NCBI GenBank assembly: GCA_964016885.1
Contig: OZ024757.1
Coordinates: forward strand, 35,960,001 to 36,024,000
Source of the DNA: Eledone cirrhosa
Lineage: Eukaryota
DNA length: 64,000 nt
Reading direction: 5' to 3'
The notes beneath the pieces were generated by a model, which ran no database searches, was not told the origin of the DNA, and saw only the letters and a program-made list of their open reading frames with translations. Below, piece by piece: positions 27,063-42,300 of this stretch (position 1 is the first letter of the stretch; every line of letters begins with the position of its first letter). The translations under genes and the position numbers were made by a program.

Positions 27063-30000
27063 CTGTGAGTCTGTACGTGTCTGTACACTGTCTTTCTCCC
27101 TTGCTTAGCCTCTCTTTCTCGCCATCCTTCTCCTCACTAAAAGGTGTTGTGTTGGAGGAGGTGGGGAACCCTGCTTTACTGTTGCTGCTGTTGTTGTTGT
27201 TGTTGTTGTCCCTTAAACATCCTGGGCATGTCACCCCTTACCCCAACCTCAGTCCTCCCCCTTTCCCACTCCATTATTTTCAATGTTTCTTCATTGTTGT
27301 TGCTGCTGTTTACTTTGAGATGGTTTAACCTGCATTACTGTAACAGAGGCACACATACACACACCCAGAGGCACACATACACACACCCAGAGGCACACAT
27401 ACACACACCCAGAAGCACACATACACACACCCAGAGGCACACATACACACCCAGAGGCACACATACACACACCCAGAGGCACACATACACACACCCAGAG
27501 GCACACATACACACACCCAGAGGCACACATACACACACCCAGAGGCACACATACACACACCCAGAGGCACACATACACACACCCAGAGGCACACATACAC
27601 ACACCCAGAGGCACACATACACACACCCAGAAGCACACATACACACACCCAGAGGCACACATACACACACCCAGAGGCACACATACACACACCCAGAGGC
27701 ACACATACACACCCAGAGGCACACATACACACACCCAGAGGCACACATACACACACCCAGAAGCACACATACACACACCCAGAGGCACACATACACACAC
27801 CCAGAGGCACACATACACACACCCAGAGGCACACATACACACACCCAGAGGCACACATACACACACCCAGAGGCACACATACACACACCCAGAGGCACAC
27901 ATACACACACCCAGAGGCACACATACACACACCCAGAGGCACACATACACACACCCAGAAGCACACATACACACACCCAGAGGCACACATACACACACCC
28001 AGAGGCACACATACACACACCCAGAGGCACACATACACACACCCAGAGGCACACATACACACACCCAGAGGCACACATACACACACCCAGAGGCACACAT
28101 ACACACACCCAGAGGCACACATACACACACCCAGAGGCACACATACACACACCCAGAGGCACACACACACACCCAGAGGCACACATACACACCCAGAGGC
28201 ACACATACACACCCAGAGGCACACATACACACACCCAGAGGCACACATACACACACCCAGAGGCACACACACACACCCAGAGGCACACATACACACCCAG
28301 AGGCACACATACACACCCAGAGGCACACATACACACACCCAGAGGCACACATACACACACCCAGAGGCACACATACACACACCCAGAGGCACACATACAC
28401 ACACCCAGAGGCACACATACACACACCCAGAGGCACACATACACACACCCAGAGGCACACATACACACACCCAGAAGCACACATACACACACCCAGAGGC
28501 ACACATACACACACCCAGAGGCACACATACACACACCCAGAGGCACACATACACACACCCAGAGGCACACATACACACACCCAGAGGCACACATACACAC
28601 ACCCAGAGGCACACATACACACACCCAGAGGCACACATACACACACCCAGAGGCACACACACACACCCAGAGGCACACATACACACCCAGAGGCACACAT
28701 ACACACCCAGAGGCACACATACACACACCCAGAGGCACACATACACACACCCAGAGGCACACATACACACACCCAGAGGCACACATACACACACCCAGAA
28801 GCACACATACACACACCCAGAGGCACACATACACACACCCAGAGGCACACATACACACACCCAGAGGCACACATACACACACCCAGAGGCACACATACAC
28901 ACACCCAGAGGCACACATACACACACCCAGAGGCACACATACACACACCCAGAGGCACACATACACACACCCAGAGGCACACATACACACACCCAGAGGC
29001 ACACATACACACACCCAGAAGCACACATACACACACCCAGAGGCACACATACACACACCCAGAGGCACACATACACACACCCAGAGGCACACATACACAC
29101 ACCCAGAAGCACACATACACACACCCAGAGGCACACATACACACACCCAGAGGCACACATACACACCCAGAGGCACACACACACACACCCAGAGGCACAC
29201 ATACACACACCCAGAGGCACACATACACACCCAGAGGCACACACACACACCCAGAGGCACACATACACACCCAGAGGCACACATACACACCCAGAGGCAC
29301 ACACACACACACCCAGAAGCACACATACACACACCCAGAGGCACACATACACACACCCAGAGGCACACATACACACACCCAGAAGCACACATACACACCC
29401 AGAGGCACACATACACACACCCAGAGGCACACATACACACCCAGAGGCACACATACACACACCCAGAGGCACACATACACACCCAGAGGCACACACACAC
29501 ACACCCAGAGGCACACATACACACACCCAGAGGCACACATACACACCCAGAGGCACACATACACACCCAGAGGCACACATACACACCCAGAGGCACACAT
29601 ACACACACCCAGAGGCACACATACACACCCAGAGGCACACATACACACACCCAGAGGCACACATACACACACCCAGAAGCACACATACACACACCCAGAG
29701 GCACACATACACACACCCAGAGGCACACATACACACACCCAGAGGCACACATACACACCCAGAGGCACACATACACACACCCAGAGGCACACATACACAC
29801 ACCCAGAAGCACACATACACACACCCAGAGGCACACATACACACACCCAGAGGCACACATACACACCCAGAGGCACACATACACACACCCAGAGGCACAC
29901 ATACACACCCAGAGGCACACATACACACACCCAGAGGCACACATACACACACCCAGAGGCACACATACACACACCCAGAAGCACACATACACACCCAGAG

Positions 30001-33000
30001 GCACACATACACACACCCAGAGGCACACATACACACCCAGAGGCACACATACACACACCCAGAGGCACACATACACACCCAGAGGCACACATACACACAC
30101 CCAGAGGCACACATACACACCCAGAGGCACACACACACACACCCAGAGGCACACATACACACCCAGAGGCACACACACACACACCCAGAGGCACACATAC
30201 ACACACCCAGAGGCACACATACACACCCAGAGGCACACATACACACACCCAGAGGCACACATACACACCCAGAGGCACACATACACACCCAGAGGCACAC
30301 ACACACACACCCAGAAGCACACATACACACACCCAGAGGCACACATACACACACCCAGAGGCACACATACACACACCCAGAAGCACACATACACACACCC
30401 AGAGGCACACATACACACACCCAGAGGCACACATACACACACCCAGAGGCACACATACACACACCCAGAGGCACACATACACACACCCAGAGGCACACAT
30501 ACACACACCCAGAGGCACACATACACACACCCAGAAGCACACATACACACACCCAGAGGCACACATACACACACCCAGAGGCACACATACACACACCCAG
30601 AGGCACACACACACACACCCAGAAGCACACATACACACACCCAGAGGCACACATACACACACCCAGAGGCACACATACACACACCCAGAGGCACACATAC
30701 ACACACCCAGAGGCACACATACACACACCCAGAAGCACACATACACACCCAGAGGCACACATACACACACCCAGAGGCACACATACACACCCAGAGGCAC
30801 ACATACACACACCCAGAGGCACACATACACACCCAGAGGCACACATACACACACCCAGAGGCACACATACACACCCAGAGGCACACACACACACACCCAG
30901 AGGCACACATACACACACCCAGAGGCACACATACACACCCAGAGGCACACACACACACCCAGAGGCACACATACACACCCAGAGGCACACATACACACCC
31001 AGAGGCACACACACACACACCCAGAAGCACACATACACACCCAGAGGCACACATACACACCCAGAGGCACACACACACACCCAGAGGCACACATACACAC
31101 CCAGAGGCACACATACACACCCAGAGGCACACACACACACACCCAGAGGCACACATACACACCCAGAGGCACACATACACACACCCAGAAGCACACATAC
31201 ACACACCCAGAAGCACACATACACACACCCAGAGGCACACATACACACACCCAGAGGCACACATACACACACCCAGAGGCACACATACACACACCCAGAA
31301 GCACACATACACACACCCAGAGGCACACATACACACACCCAGAAGCACACATACACACCCAGAGGCACACATACACACACCCAGAGGCACACATACACAC
31401 ACCCAGAGGCACACATACACACACCCAGAAGCACACATACACACACCCAGAGGCACACATACACACACCCAGAGGCACACATACACACACCCAGAGGCAC
31501 ACATACACACACCCAGAAGCACACATACACACACCCAGAGGCACACATACACACACCCAGAGGCACACATACACACCCAGAGGCACACATACACACCCAG
31601 AGGCACACATACACACACCCAGAGGCACACATACACACCCAGAGGCACACATACACACCCAGAGGCACACATACACACACCCAGAGGCACACATACACAC
31701 CCAGAGGCACACATACACACACCCAGAGGCACACATACACACACCCAGAGGCACACATACACACACCCAGAGGCACACATACACACCCAGAGGCACACAT
31801 ACACACACCCAGAGGCACACATACACACACCCAGAGGCACACATACACACACCCAGAGGCACACATACACACCCAGAGGCACACATACACACACCCAGAG
31901 GCACACATACACACACCCAGAGGCACACATACACACCCAGAGGCACACATACACACCCAGAGGCACACATACACACCCAGAGGCACACACACACACACCC
32001 AGAGGCACACATACACACACCCAGAGGCACACATACACACACCCAGAGGCACACATACACACCCAGAGGCACACATACACACCCAGAGGCACACACACAC
32101 ACACCCAGAGGCACACATACACACACCCAGAGGCACACATACACACCCAGAGGCACACATACACACACCCAGAGGCACACATACACACCCAGAGGCACAC
32201 ATACACACCCAGAGGCACACATACACACACCCAGAGGCACACATACACACCCAGAGGCACACATACACACCCAGAGGCACACATACACACACCCAGAGGC
32301 ACACATACACACCCAGAGGCACACATACACACACCCAGAGGCACACATACACACACCCAGAGGCACACATACACACCCAGAGGCACACATACACACCCAG
32401 AGGCACACATACACACACCCAGAGGCACACATACACACCCAGAGGCACACATACACACACCCAGAGGCACACATACACACACCCAGAGGCACACATACAC
32501 ACCCAGAGGCACACATACACACACCCAGAGGCACACACACACACACCCAGAGGCACACATACACACCCAGAGGCACACATACACACACCCAGAGGCACAC
32601 ATACACACCCAGAGGCACACATACACACACCCAGAGGCACACATACACACCCAGAGGCACACATACACACACCCAGAGGCACACACACACACACCCAGAG
32701 GCACACATACACACCCAGAGGCACACATACACACACCCAGAGGCACACATACACACACCCAGAAGCACACATACACACACCCAGAGGCACACATACACAC
32801 CCAGAGGCACACATACACACACCCAGAGGCACACATACACACCCAGAGGCACACATACACACACCCAGAGGCACACATACACACCCAGAGGCACACATAC
32901 ACACACCCAGAGGCACACATACACACCCAGAGGCACACATACACACACCCAGAGGCACACATACACACCCAGAGGCACACATACACACACCCAGAGGCAC

Positions 33001-35962
33001 ACATACACACCCAGAGGCACACATACACACACCCAGAGGCACACACACACACACCCAGAGGCACACATACACACCCAGAGGCACACATACACACACCCAG
33101 AGGCACACATACACACACCCAGAAGCACACATACACACACCCAGAGGCACACATACACACCCAGAGGCACACATACACACACCCAGAGGCACACATACAC
33201 ACCCAGAGGCACACATACACACACCCAGAGGCACACATACACACACCCAGAGGCACACATACACACCCAGAGGCACACATACACACACCCAGAGGCACAC
33301 ATACACACCCAGAGGCACACATACACACACCCAGAGGCACACACACACACACCCAGAGGCACACATACACACCCAGAGGCACACATACACACCCAGAGGC
33401 ACACATACACACACCCAGAGGCACACACACACACCCAGAAGCACACATACACACCCAGAGGCACACATACACACCCAGAGGCACACATACACACACCCAG
33501 AGGCACACATACACACCCAGAGGCACACATACACACCCAGAGGCACACATACACACACCCAGAGGCACACACACACACATACTGATAGAGACCTACACAC
33601 AAGAAATATTCCACTAAAGTAAAGCTTTACATAGTGTTGCATTGGTTTGTTGTTGGTTATTATTATTATTGGTTATTGTTTGGTAGATCTTATTGTTTTC
33701 TGCCTATTACAACCGAAAGCCTGCTTCTAACACCTTTATTATATATACATATATACACACACATTATATATATATATATATATATATATATCTTCCGATG
33801 CACGCTTCAGTTGATATTAAACTATGTGTGGTTTGCTGCATGATACCTGTTTTGCTGGATGTTCATCTTCAGTTCAAATCTCTGCTCCACTTTATTTTAT
33901 TTATTATTTTTTATGTTTTTTAGCAAATTTAATTTCGGTTTGTTTTTGTTTTGTTTATTTACTTAGGTTTTGTATTTTCATTTCCCCTTCAATTTAGATA
34001 CAAGACTTACACTATCTCTGGCAGATTAGGTCGTTGGATAGAATGCTTTGCAGTGTTCATCCTGACTCTGTTCTCTTAGTTTAAATCCCGCCAAGGTCAA
34101 CTTTAGATTTCATCCATTCCAGGTTGATAAAAACAATGTGGGGTTGGTTCTTCCTCTACATCTCTTTCTCACCTCCATTCTCTCATTCTCTCTCCGTCTC
34201 TGGAAGAAATCTGCTGTAGTCAGACCTGGTTTTAAAATGCCCTAGAAATGCTGTTTATTAATATGGCACCCCTATGACTCCCTCAACAGTTATGGGACTA
34301 TTCCTTTAACCCTTTAGTGTTCAAACCAGCCAGAAACTGGCTGTAACTGGTCACTCAAACTGATGTTAAGGTATTGTTCTCAAAATAAATACTTTCAAAA
34401 TCTCATAGATTCGATATTATGTAAGGTAAAGCCTTTACCATGAAAATACAATAGTATATATAGAGTAATGTGAATGCTAATGGGTTAAAGGCAGTGGGTG
34501 TGTCCGAGGGTTTTATTTCCTACATCCCTTAAGGGCAGTGGGTGTCTCAACATCAGTAGAGTATTGGAAAAATACTTTGTGGTGTTCAATCAACTACAGC
34601 CATTTGCTCCCACTTTTTTCTTCCCTCTGTGGTCAATAGAGTCCCGGTCATTTACTGGAGTCAACATAACCGTTTCCTCTGTGTCCATGTAACAAATGAT
34701 TGTTATTATTCTTCAAAATTAGTAGAGTGTCGGACACTAGGCTTTGGGACATGTAGTTACAACCCTTTATGTTCAGAGTTTAAATCCCACCAAGGCTAAC
34801 CCTTACAGGGGTCAATAAAATAAAGTACCAGTAATGCACTGGGATTGATTTAACCAACTTTCCACTCCTTTCAAATTGCTGGCCTTGTGCCAAAAGTAGA
34901 ATCAATTATTATTAGGTGGTGGATTGGCAGTAATTGGCAGAGCATCGGACACCATGCTTTGTAATAGTTATGAATACGTTGAGAGTTCAAATCCTGCCGA
35001 CGTCAGCTTTGCCGTTCATCTTTTTGGTGTCTATAAAAACGGGGTTCATTCAATCGACTTTCCTTTCCCCTGAAACTAAGTAAAAGGAATTGATAATCTT
35101 TAGTAAAAATTATGAAAGTGGAGCACAGCCATGTCTTCAATATATCAAATTCAGGGCTTTCTCATTCCTGCTGGAGGAACCACTCCCTGCTTGACATTCA
35201 CCGCTTCTTGGTCATGTCAGTGTTGGGGTGGATGTCTGTTCACTCTGATGAGTTCATCTCTGTTGCTGTGGTTGCACTTACTTTCCTCACCTGAGTAAGT
35301 TCTGATGGGGGAGCTGGTTTAGTCGCGGAACATTCGACCACGAATCAGGTTCTACTGGGTGACATGGTTATATATATAATGTTAAATGGTGATGATGATG
35401 ATGATCAATAGTTGATCCAGGCAATTGACCAATAATGGTGTAATCAGATGGAAGCGCTCAATATCATGGATGCCACAAGGTATTACTTATATAGTATCAG
35501 ACGGAGTATCAATATTAAGAAAAAAAGCAGATAGACGGTATCACATATTCAACATCAGTATATTTCATTACATCATCCCATTATGTACATTTCCAAGGCA
35601 TCAAAAGTTCATTATTCAACAGTTATTCAATGAGTTGTCATCAGATAAATGTAAATAAAACTTGTTTTTAATATGCCTGCCATTGAAGAGGTGTTTACAT
35701 TTCAATATAAGGCAAGCTTTCTAGAATTGTCATTTTTTCTAATAAAGTCTCTACAGTTCGTTTGGAACAACAAAGTTCTGAAGTTCATAATTCTTGTCAA
35801 TGTTTCCAGACCCTCACAGTCTCATCATCATGTGTCTTGTTAGTTTATTTTTATAGACTCTTTACTCATTATATATATATATATATATATTGGCTGACTG
35901 GTACTTGAGTTGTGAAGCCAACCATTAATTCATCCAACCTAAATGAATTACTGGTTGGTGTC

Positions 35963-35994
<32 letters not shown>

Positions 35995-36314
35995 CATCAT
36001 TATCATTTTTACGTCCGCTTTTCCCTGCTTGCAAGGGTGGGACGGGTCTTATTCAGCACAGCATCTCCCCACTTGTCACGGTCCTTCGTCATCACCACCG
36101 TGAGCTTCAGCGATCTGAGGTCTGTTCTCACCACCTCCGCCCATGTTTTTCGTGGTCTACCTCTACCACGTCTTCCTTCAACTGGCATTTCCTGGCACTT
36201 CACCCATCGGTCATCCTCTATCCGCATCACATGTCCATACCACCACAGTCTCCTCTCTCGCACACTACATTCTATCCCTCTCAGACACAGTTTTTCTCTC
36301 AACACATCCATGCT

Positions 36315-36365
<51 letters not shown>

Positions 36366-39300
36366 GTGCCACAATAAAAAAGAAAATCCAGTCCACACTG
36401 TAATGTGGTTGGTGTTAGGAAGGGCATCTAGCCATAGAAACGAAGCCAAAATACAGATCTGTATGACCAACCTTGTCTCCATATCTTGACAACTCATCTA
36501 ACCCATACTAGCGTGGAAAAATAAACGTTAAATGGTGATGATGATGTATATGTGTTTTTTGTTCTGTTAACTTGTAAATCCCTGCTGTCTCTGTTAATTC
36601 TATTGTCTTTAATGTTTTCAGTCCCTCTGGTCAAAAAGAAATTGTGATTATTATTATTATTGTTATTATTCTGGCCTTGTGCCTAACGTAGAAACAATTA
36701 TTATTATTATTATTTTGTCCTGCATCTGGCATGCAAATCCATGTTTTTTTTTGTTTTTTAAACTTCTTGTGTTGCAAGTTCTCTCCCTTGTATTTGTCAA
36801 TAATATTTGGTTGTTATAACAGCATTCTGGAATGTACTATTGCTCCCACTTCTTCCACCTCACACACTCTCTTATTTATTTTGTTTTATTCCTTAAATCT
36901 TTTTGTTTGTTTCAGAATATTGTGGTTTTATTTCTATATTTACCTTGCTTTCTTCTGTTTTCATCATCATCACTGTCATTATCGTTATTTGAAATTTCTT
37001 TTGAATTCTCCTTCTTTCCCAAATGATGCCAAGTTGTCAACTGAGGCAAAATTATTATTATTATTGAACTCAGACCATAAAGGGCCGTAACTGCTTTGCA
37101 GCACAGAGTTACGGCCCTTTGTGGTCTGAGTTCAAATCTGACCGAGGTTAACTTTGCCTTTCATCCCTACGGGGTTGATAAAATAAAATACCAGTAATAC
37201 ACTGGGATAATTGCTGGCTTTGTGCCAAAAGTAGAAACAATTATTATAAGGGCAGTGGATTGGCAGAATCGGTAGAACATTGGACAACGTTTCACTGCAT
37301 GTTGTTATGGCCCTTTACGTTCTGAGTTCAGATTCCACCGGGGTTAGCTTTATCTTTCATTCTTACTGAGTTGATAAAATAAAGTACCAGTAACACACTG
37401 GCATCGATTTAATCAATTGTTCCCCACCCCCAGAAAAAAAAATTGTTGGCCTTGTGCCTAAATCAGAAACCGTTATTATTATTATTAAAGGGGTGGATTG
37501 GCAGTGTCGATAGAGGGTCGGGCGCCATGCTTTGACGCATAGAGTTACGGCCCTTGCCATTCTGAGTTCAAATCCCACCGAGGTTAACTTTGCTTTTCAT
37601 CCTTACGGGGTCGATAAAATAAAGTACCAGTAATGTACTGGGTAATTGCTGGCCTTGTGCTAAAGGTAGAAACAATTATTATTATTAAAAGGCAATTGGA
37701 AATTGGGTTCCTCCGAAGGGTCTTTGAGTAACGTTACTTGATAGAGTGCATAGTTCGGAGATGAGAGAATCACTCCAGGTAGAATCACTACTTCTCTTAA
37801 TTGAGAGATCACAGCTCCGATACTATGGGCATGTGGTTAGAATGTCTCAGGGAAAGAATTGAAATGGGGTTCCTCTGAAAGGTCTTCGGAGTGACATAAC
37901 TTGATAGAACGCATAGCTTGGAGACAGTTGCTCCAGGTAGAGCTGTTGCTTCTCTTAATTGAAAGATCACTGCTCTGATACTATGGACATGTGGTTAGAA
38001 TGTCTCAGGGAAAGAATTGAAATGGGGTTCCTCTGAAAGGTCTTCGGAGTGACATAACTTGATAGAACGCATAGCTTGGAGACAGTTGCTCCAGGTAGAG
38101 CTGTTGCTTCTCTTAATTGAAAGATCACAGCTCCGATACTATGGACATGTGGTTAGAATGTTTCTGGGAAAGAATTGCTGGACAGATTTTACAAGCAAAA
38201 TCGACTGGCAAGAGACCCAGGAGTAGACCCCCGAGCAAGATGGTTGGATAACATCCATGAGCTCGGCTGGTCTTGCTTGGAGATCCAGCTGGATAAAATG
38301 GAGATGGTTGCTTCTGACAGGACCTACAGGAAGGAGTGTTTGAGGACTCTGCTCCCACGACCCTCTCAGGAATAAGTGGGCAAAGAAGAGCAGTAAAAGT
38401 CTAGAATAGGGGCTAGAGATGGCTTTCAATGAAACCTGACGACGATAATGGTGATGATGATGATTTTTCAAGGAGTTTGTTTGTTTTATTGACTTGTATA
38501 TTATTTCATACCTTGTTTTTACTGTCACAGCACCTCTTTCTATGTGTGTGTATTTATAGTGTGTTAATGTGTGTGTGTGTGTGTATATATATATATACAC
38601 ACACACACATTAACACAGTGTGTTTATATATAGTTTTAATGTGTGTGTGTGTATATATATATACACACACACATTAACACACTGTGTTTATAGTTTTAAT
38701 GTGTATGTGTGTGTGTGTATATATATAGTGTGTTAATGTGTGTGTGTGTGTATATATATACATAGTGTGTTAATGTATGTGTGTGTGTGTGTGTGTGTTA
38801 AGCTGGTATTTTAATTTTCTCTCACCAGGGACTGATAATGTCTCTAAACCTTCATACACACACATGTAGCTATTGTAATTACCTCCCCCACACATGTAGC
38901 TATTGTAATTACCTCCCCCACACACATGTAGCTATTGTAATTCCCCCCCCCCCCCCCCTCCACACACGCACACACATGTAGCTATTGTAATTTCCCCCCT
39001 CCCCCTCCCCCTCCACACACGCACACACATGTAGCTATTGTAATTATCTCCCTCCCACTCGTAGCTATTGTAATTACCCCCCCCCCCCCACGTACACACA
39101 TACCCACACGTAGCTATTGTAATTACACCCCCCACATACATGTAGCTATTGTAATGACCCCCCCCCCCATACACACACACATGTAGCTATTGTAATTACC
39201 CCCCACTCACACACATGTAGCTATTGTAATTACCCCCCCCACACACACATGTAGCTATTCTATCTTTAGTTAATAACTGCCCCATCTCCATGAAAACAAG

Positions 39301-42300
39301 TTGATGACACCCCATGATGTTCCACACGCGGGGCTCTTCCATCCTCATCATCTCCTACCACCCCTACAGTAACCCCACCTGTATCTACACCCCTCACTCC
39401 CAGTCAATGGACCACCCCCACCCCTCATCACAGACCTTCAAATATCCCCCCCCCCCCACCTTCCCCAGTCACTGGATATGGTATAACAACCCCAGCCATC
39501 TCTCTCCTCCCTTCTGCTCCTCTCCCTCTTGTGTATTTCACGTGTGTTTGTCTTTTTCAGGGGGACGCTTACAGTTATAAAGAAGCCATTGCACTTGGTG
39601 AATACCGAATTGATGAACAAGTTTCCAGTCGAGATCAACAGAGGAAACCTGATAAGGTACAACGATGTCTCTTATATATATTTATATATGTATATAAATG
39701 TATACATCTATTATTTCTCTCTTGTTCTCTATCTTTTTCTCTTTCTATATATATATATGTGTGTGTATGTGTGTATATATATATATGGAGAGAGAGAGTG
39801 GTAGGTAGGTCGAGGTTTTTTGAGTTCAAAGCTTGTTTATTGCTGCAGACTTTCTGGAATCTTGTATAATCTCTTCTACAATCTTAGTTGTAGTCTACAG
39901 TTTCTGCCAAAATTACCGTTTTTATCTTGTCAGTCTATTTCTGTACCAAACAACACTAAAACAACACTTTTACCATTTTTACCATTTCTCAGTGGAACTT
40001 TTCCTTCACGATGGTGCAGAAGAGTCAAGAACTAGCTTACACCTTCTTTGCTAAAACCGATGACATGCGCAGTAAATGGATTGAAGCAATTCTACTATCA
40101 CTGTGAGTTCAAATCTACCTACCACTTCTCTATCAACCCCTCCCACTCCTCTATCAACACCACCCACACCCTCTACTTCGTTGCCTTTTTCTCATTACAC
40201 CCCCTACCCACTCATTAAATTTTGCTAATCTATTGTTATTTTAAGCCTTTAGCACTCACATTACTCTATATATACTATTATATTTTCATGGTAAAGGCTT
40301 TACCTCACATAATATCAAATCTATGAGATTTTGAAAGTATTTATTTTGAGAACAATACCTTAACATCAGTTTGAGTGACCAGTTACAGCCAGTTTCAACA
40401 GAAAGAGGTAGAGAATTCTGGCTGGTTTTAGCCTGTTTGAACATTAAAGGGTTAAGGGGTAGCATTCCTGTGATAACTAATTTTCTTTATACATTAAAAA
40501 AACTTTATGTACATAACAAATAAGTACATTACTAGAAATCCCATATGTTATTAAATAAATGGGATGGTTTGGGTCTTAATATGTAAACTAAACAACTAAT
40601 TCTGATTTTTTTAAAAAAAGTTAAGGGATGCAACCTAGAAAAATTAACTATTATCCAACCCCCTGTATTATTTGGGACCCAATAGTAGTTGTAGTATTAA
40701 ATTTAATTATATATATATATATATATAATATTAGGTACAAAGTTGTAGCTGCAATATGACAGATAACAAATTATTTGAGGCAATCACAAAACACTCAATG
40801 GTGTATAAAGTTAATACATTTCTCACCCAGAGTTAACATAAAGTTATACAAGTGTGACACCATGAATATATTGACTAGGTGTAGGTAGCCATAGTATATA
40901 ACCTCAACAATGACAAATACCAACAGCTAGAAGATTAACCTGGGCTGTTTCGAATCGATGAACAGTTCAATTGGATGCTGGGACTCAAGGAATAGTAGAT
41001 GATATGTCGTAAGTGCACCCAGCAAGCTGTTATGCAATGAACAGGTGTCCATTCATTAGGAGGTGTTCCTTCATGTAATATCTGCCATTTTGTCTGCTAT
41101 CAGGAGAGCGGTATACCAGAGAAGTAAATTCTCCTTTATAACCACAAGACCTATATATATAATTATATATATATATATATATATATATTTCACATTGCTC
41201 CAGTTTACTCAGCTGTAGAAATGAGATGATAGGACTGGGGTCCCTATCATTCCACTGCAAAGTGGTTGTGGAGGTGCCACAACAAAAAAGCACCCAGCAC
41301 TCACTGTAAATGAGGCTGGTGTTAGGAAGGGCATCCAGCTGTAGAAATCAAGCCAGAATCAATTCCAGTCCCACCCTTGTAAGCAGGGAAAAGTGGATGT
41401 AAAATGATGATGATGGTGTATGTACACACATACATATATGGTGCCTGGGCATTAACAGAGACTAATCTAGTTATAGCATTGTCTTCAATAAAATAATAAT
41501 AATTGTTTCTACTTTTTGGCACAAGGCCAGCAATTACCCAGTGTATTACAGGTACTTTATTTTATCGACCCCATAAGGATGAAAGGCAAAGTTAACCTCA
41601 GCGGGATTTGAACTCAGAGTGGCAAGGGCCGTAACTCTATGCGTCAAAGCATGGCAACCGACGCTCTACCGATACTGTCAATCCACCACCTATAAAATAA
41701 TTCTTTCTATCATCAACACAAAGCCAACAATTTGGGGAGAGGGGGGAAAGTTAATTAAATCGACTCCAGTACATTACTGGTTCTTTATTTTATCGGCCCC
41801 GTAAGGATGAAAGGCAAAGCTAACCATGATGGGATTTGAAATCAGAACGTAAAAGGACATAACTCTATGCTGCAAAGCATCTTTTCTGACACTCTACCAA
41901 TACTGCCAATACACCACCCTAATAATAATAAGCCTATAGAGATAAAAAGGTGAGAGTAAAGTACCAGTAATGCACTGGGTAATTGCTGGCCTTGTGCCAA
42001 AAGTAAAAACAATTATATATAACAATATATAACAGGGCGGTGGATTGGCAGTATCGGTAGAGGGTCGGACGCCATGCTTTCCAGCATAGTTACGTCCCTT
42101 TACGATCTGAGTTCAAATCCCGCCGAGGTTGAGTTTGCCTTTCATCCTTACGGGGTCGATAAAATAAAGTACCAGTAATGCACCGGGTAATTGCTGGCCT
42201 TGTGCCAAAAAGTAGAAACAATTATATATAACAATATTGTTTATTGTAGCGATAATGTTCAGCCAGCTGCAGGATCTACCTATGTGATGCATACTTTTAG

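Noticed and set aside
27144-33642. Four ORFs of more than 2000 aa
   Set aside because: Translations of a CA-rich minisatellite on both strands inside an intron; no coding signature.
33998-34021. Acceptor-like tttag followed by IQDLHYLW
   Set aside because: No GT donor after the Trp codon; sequence runs into a decayed SINE.
41020-41070. Minus-strand hammerhead-like CTAATGA plus hairpin
   Set aside because: Core mutated, GAAA absent and no clear stem I.
42035-42130. tRNA gene
   Set aside because: A/B-box head of a multi-copy SINE without a complete cloverleaf.
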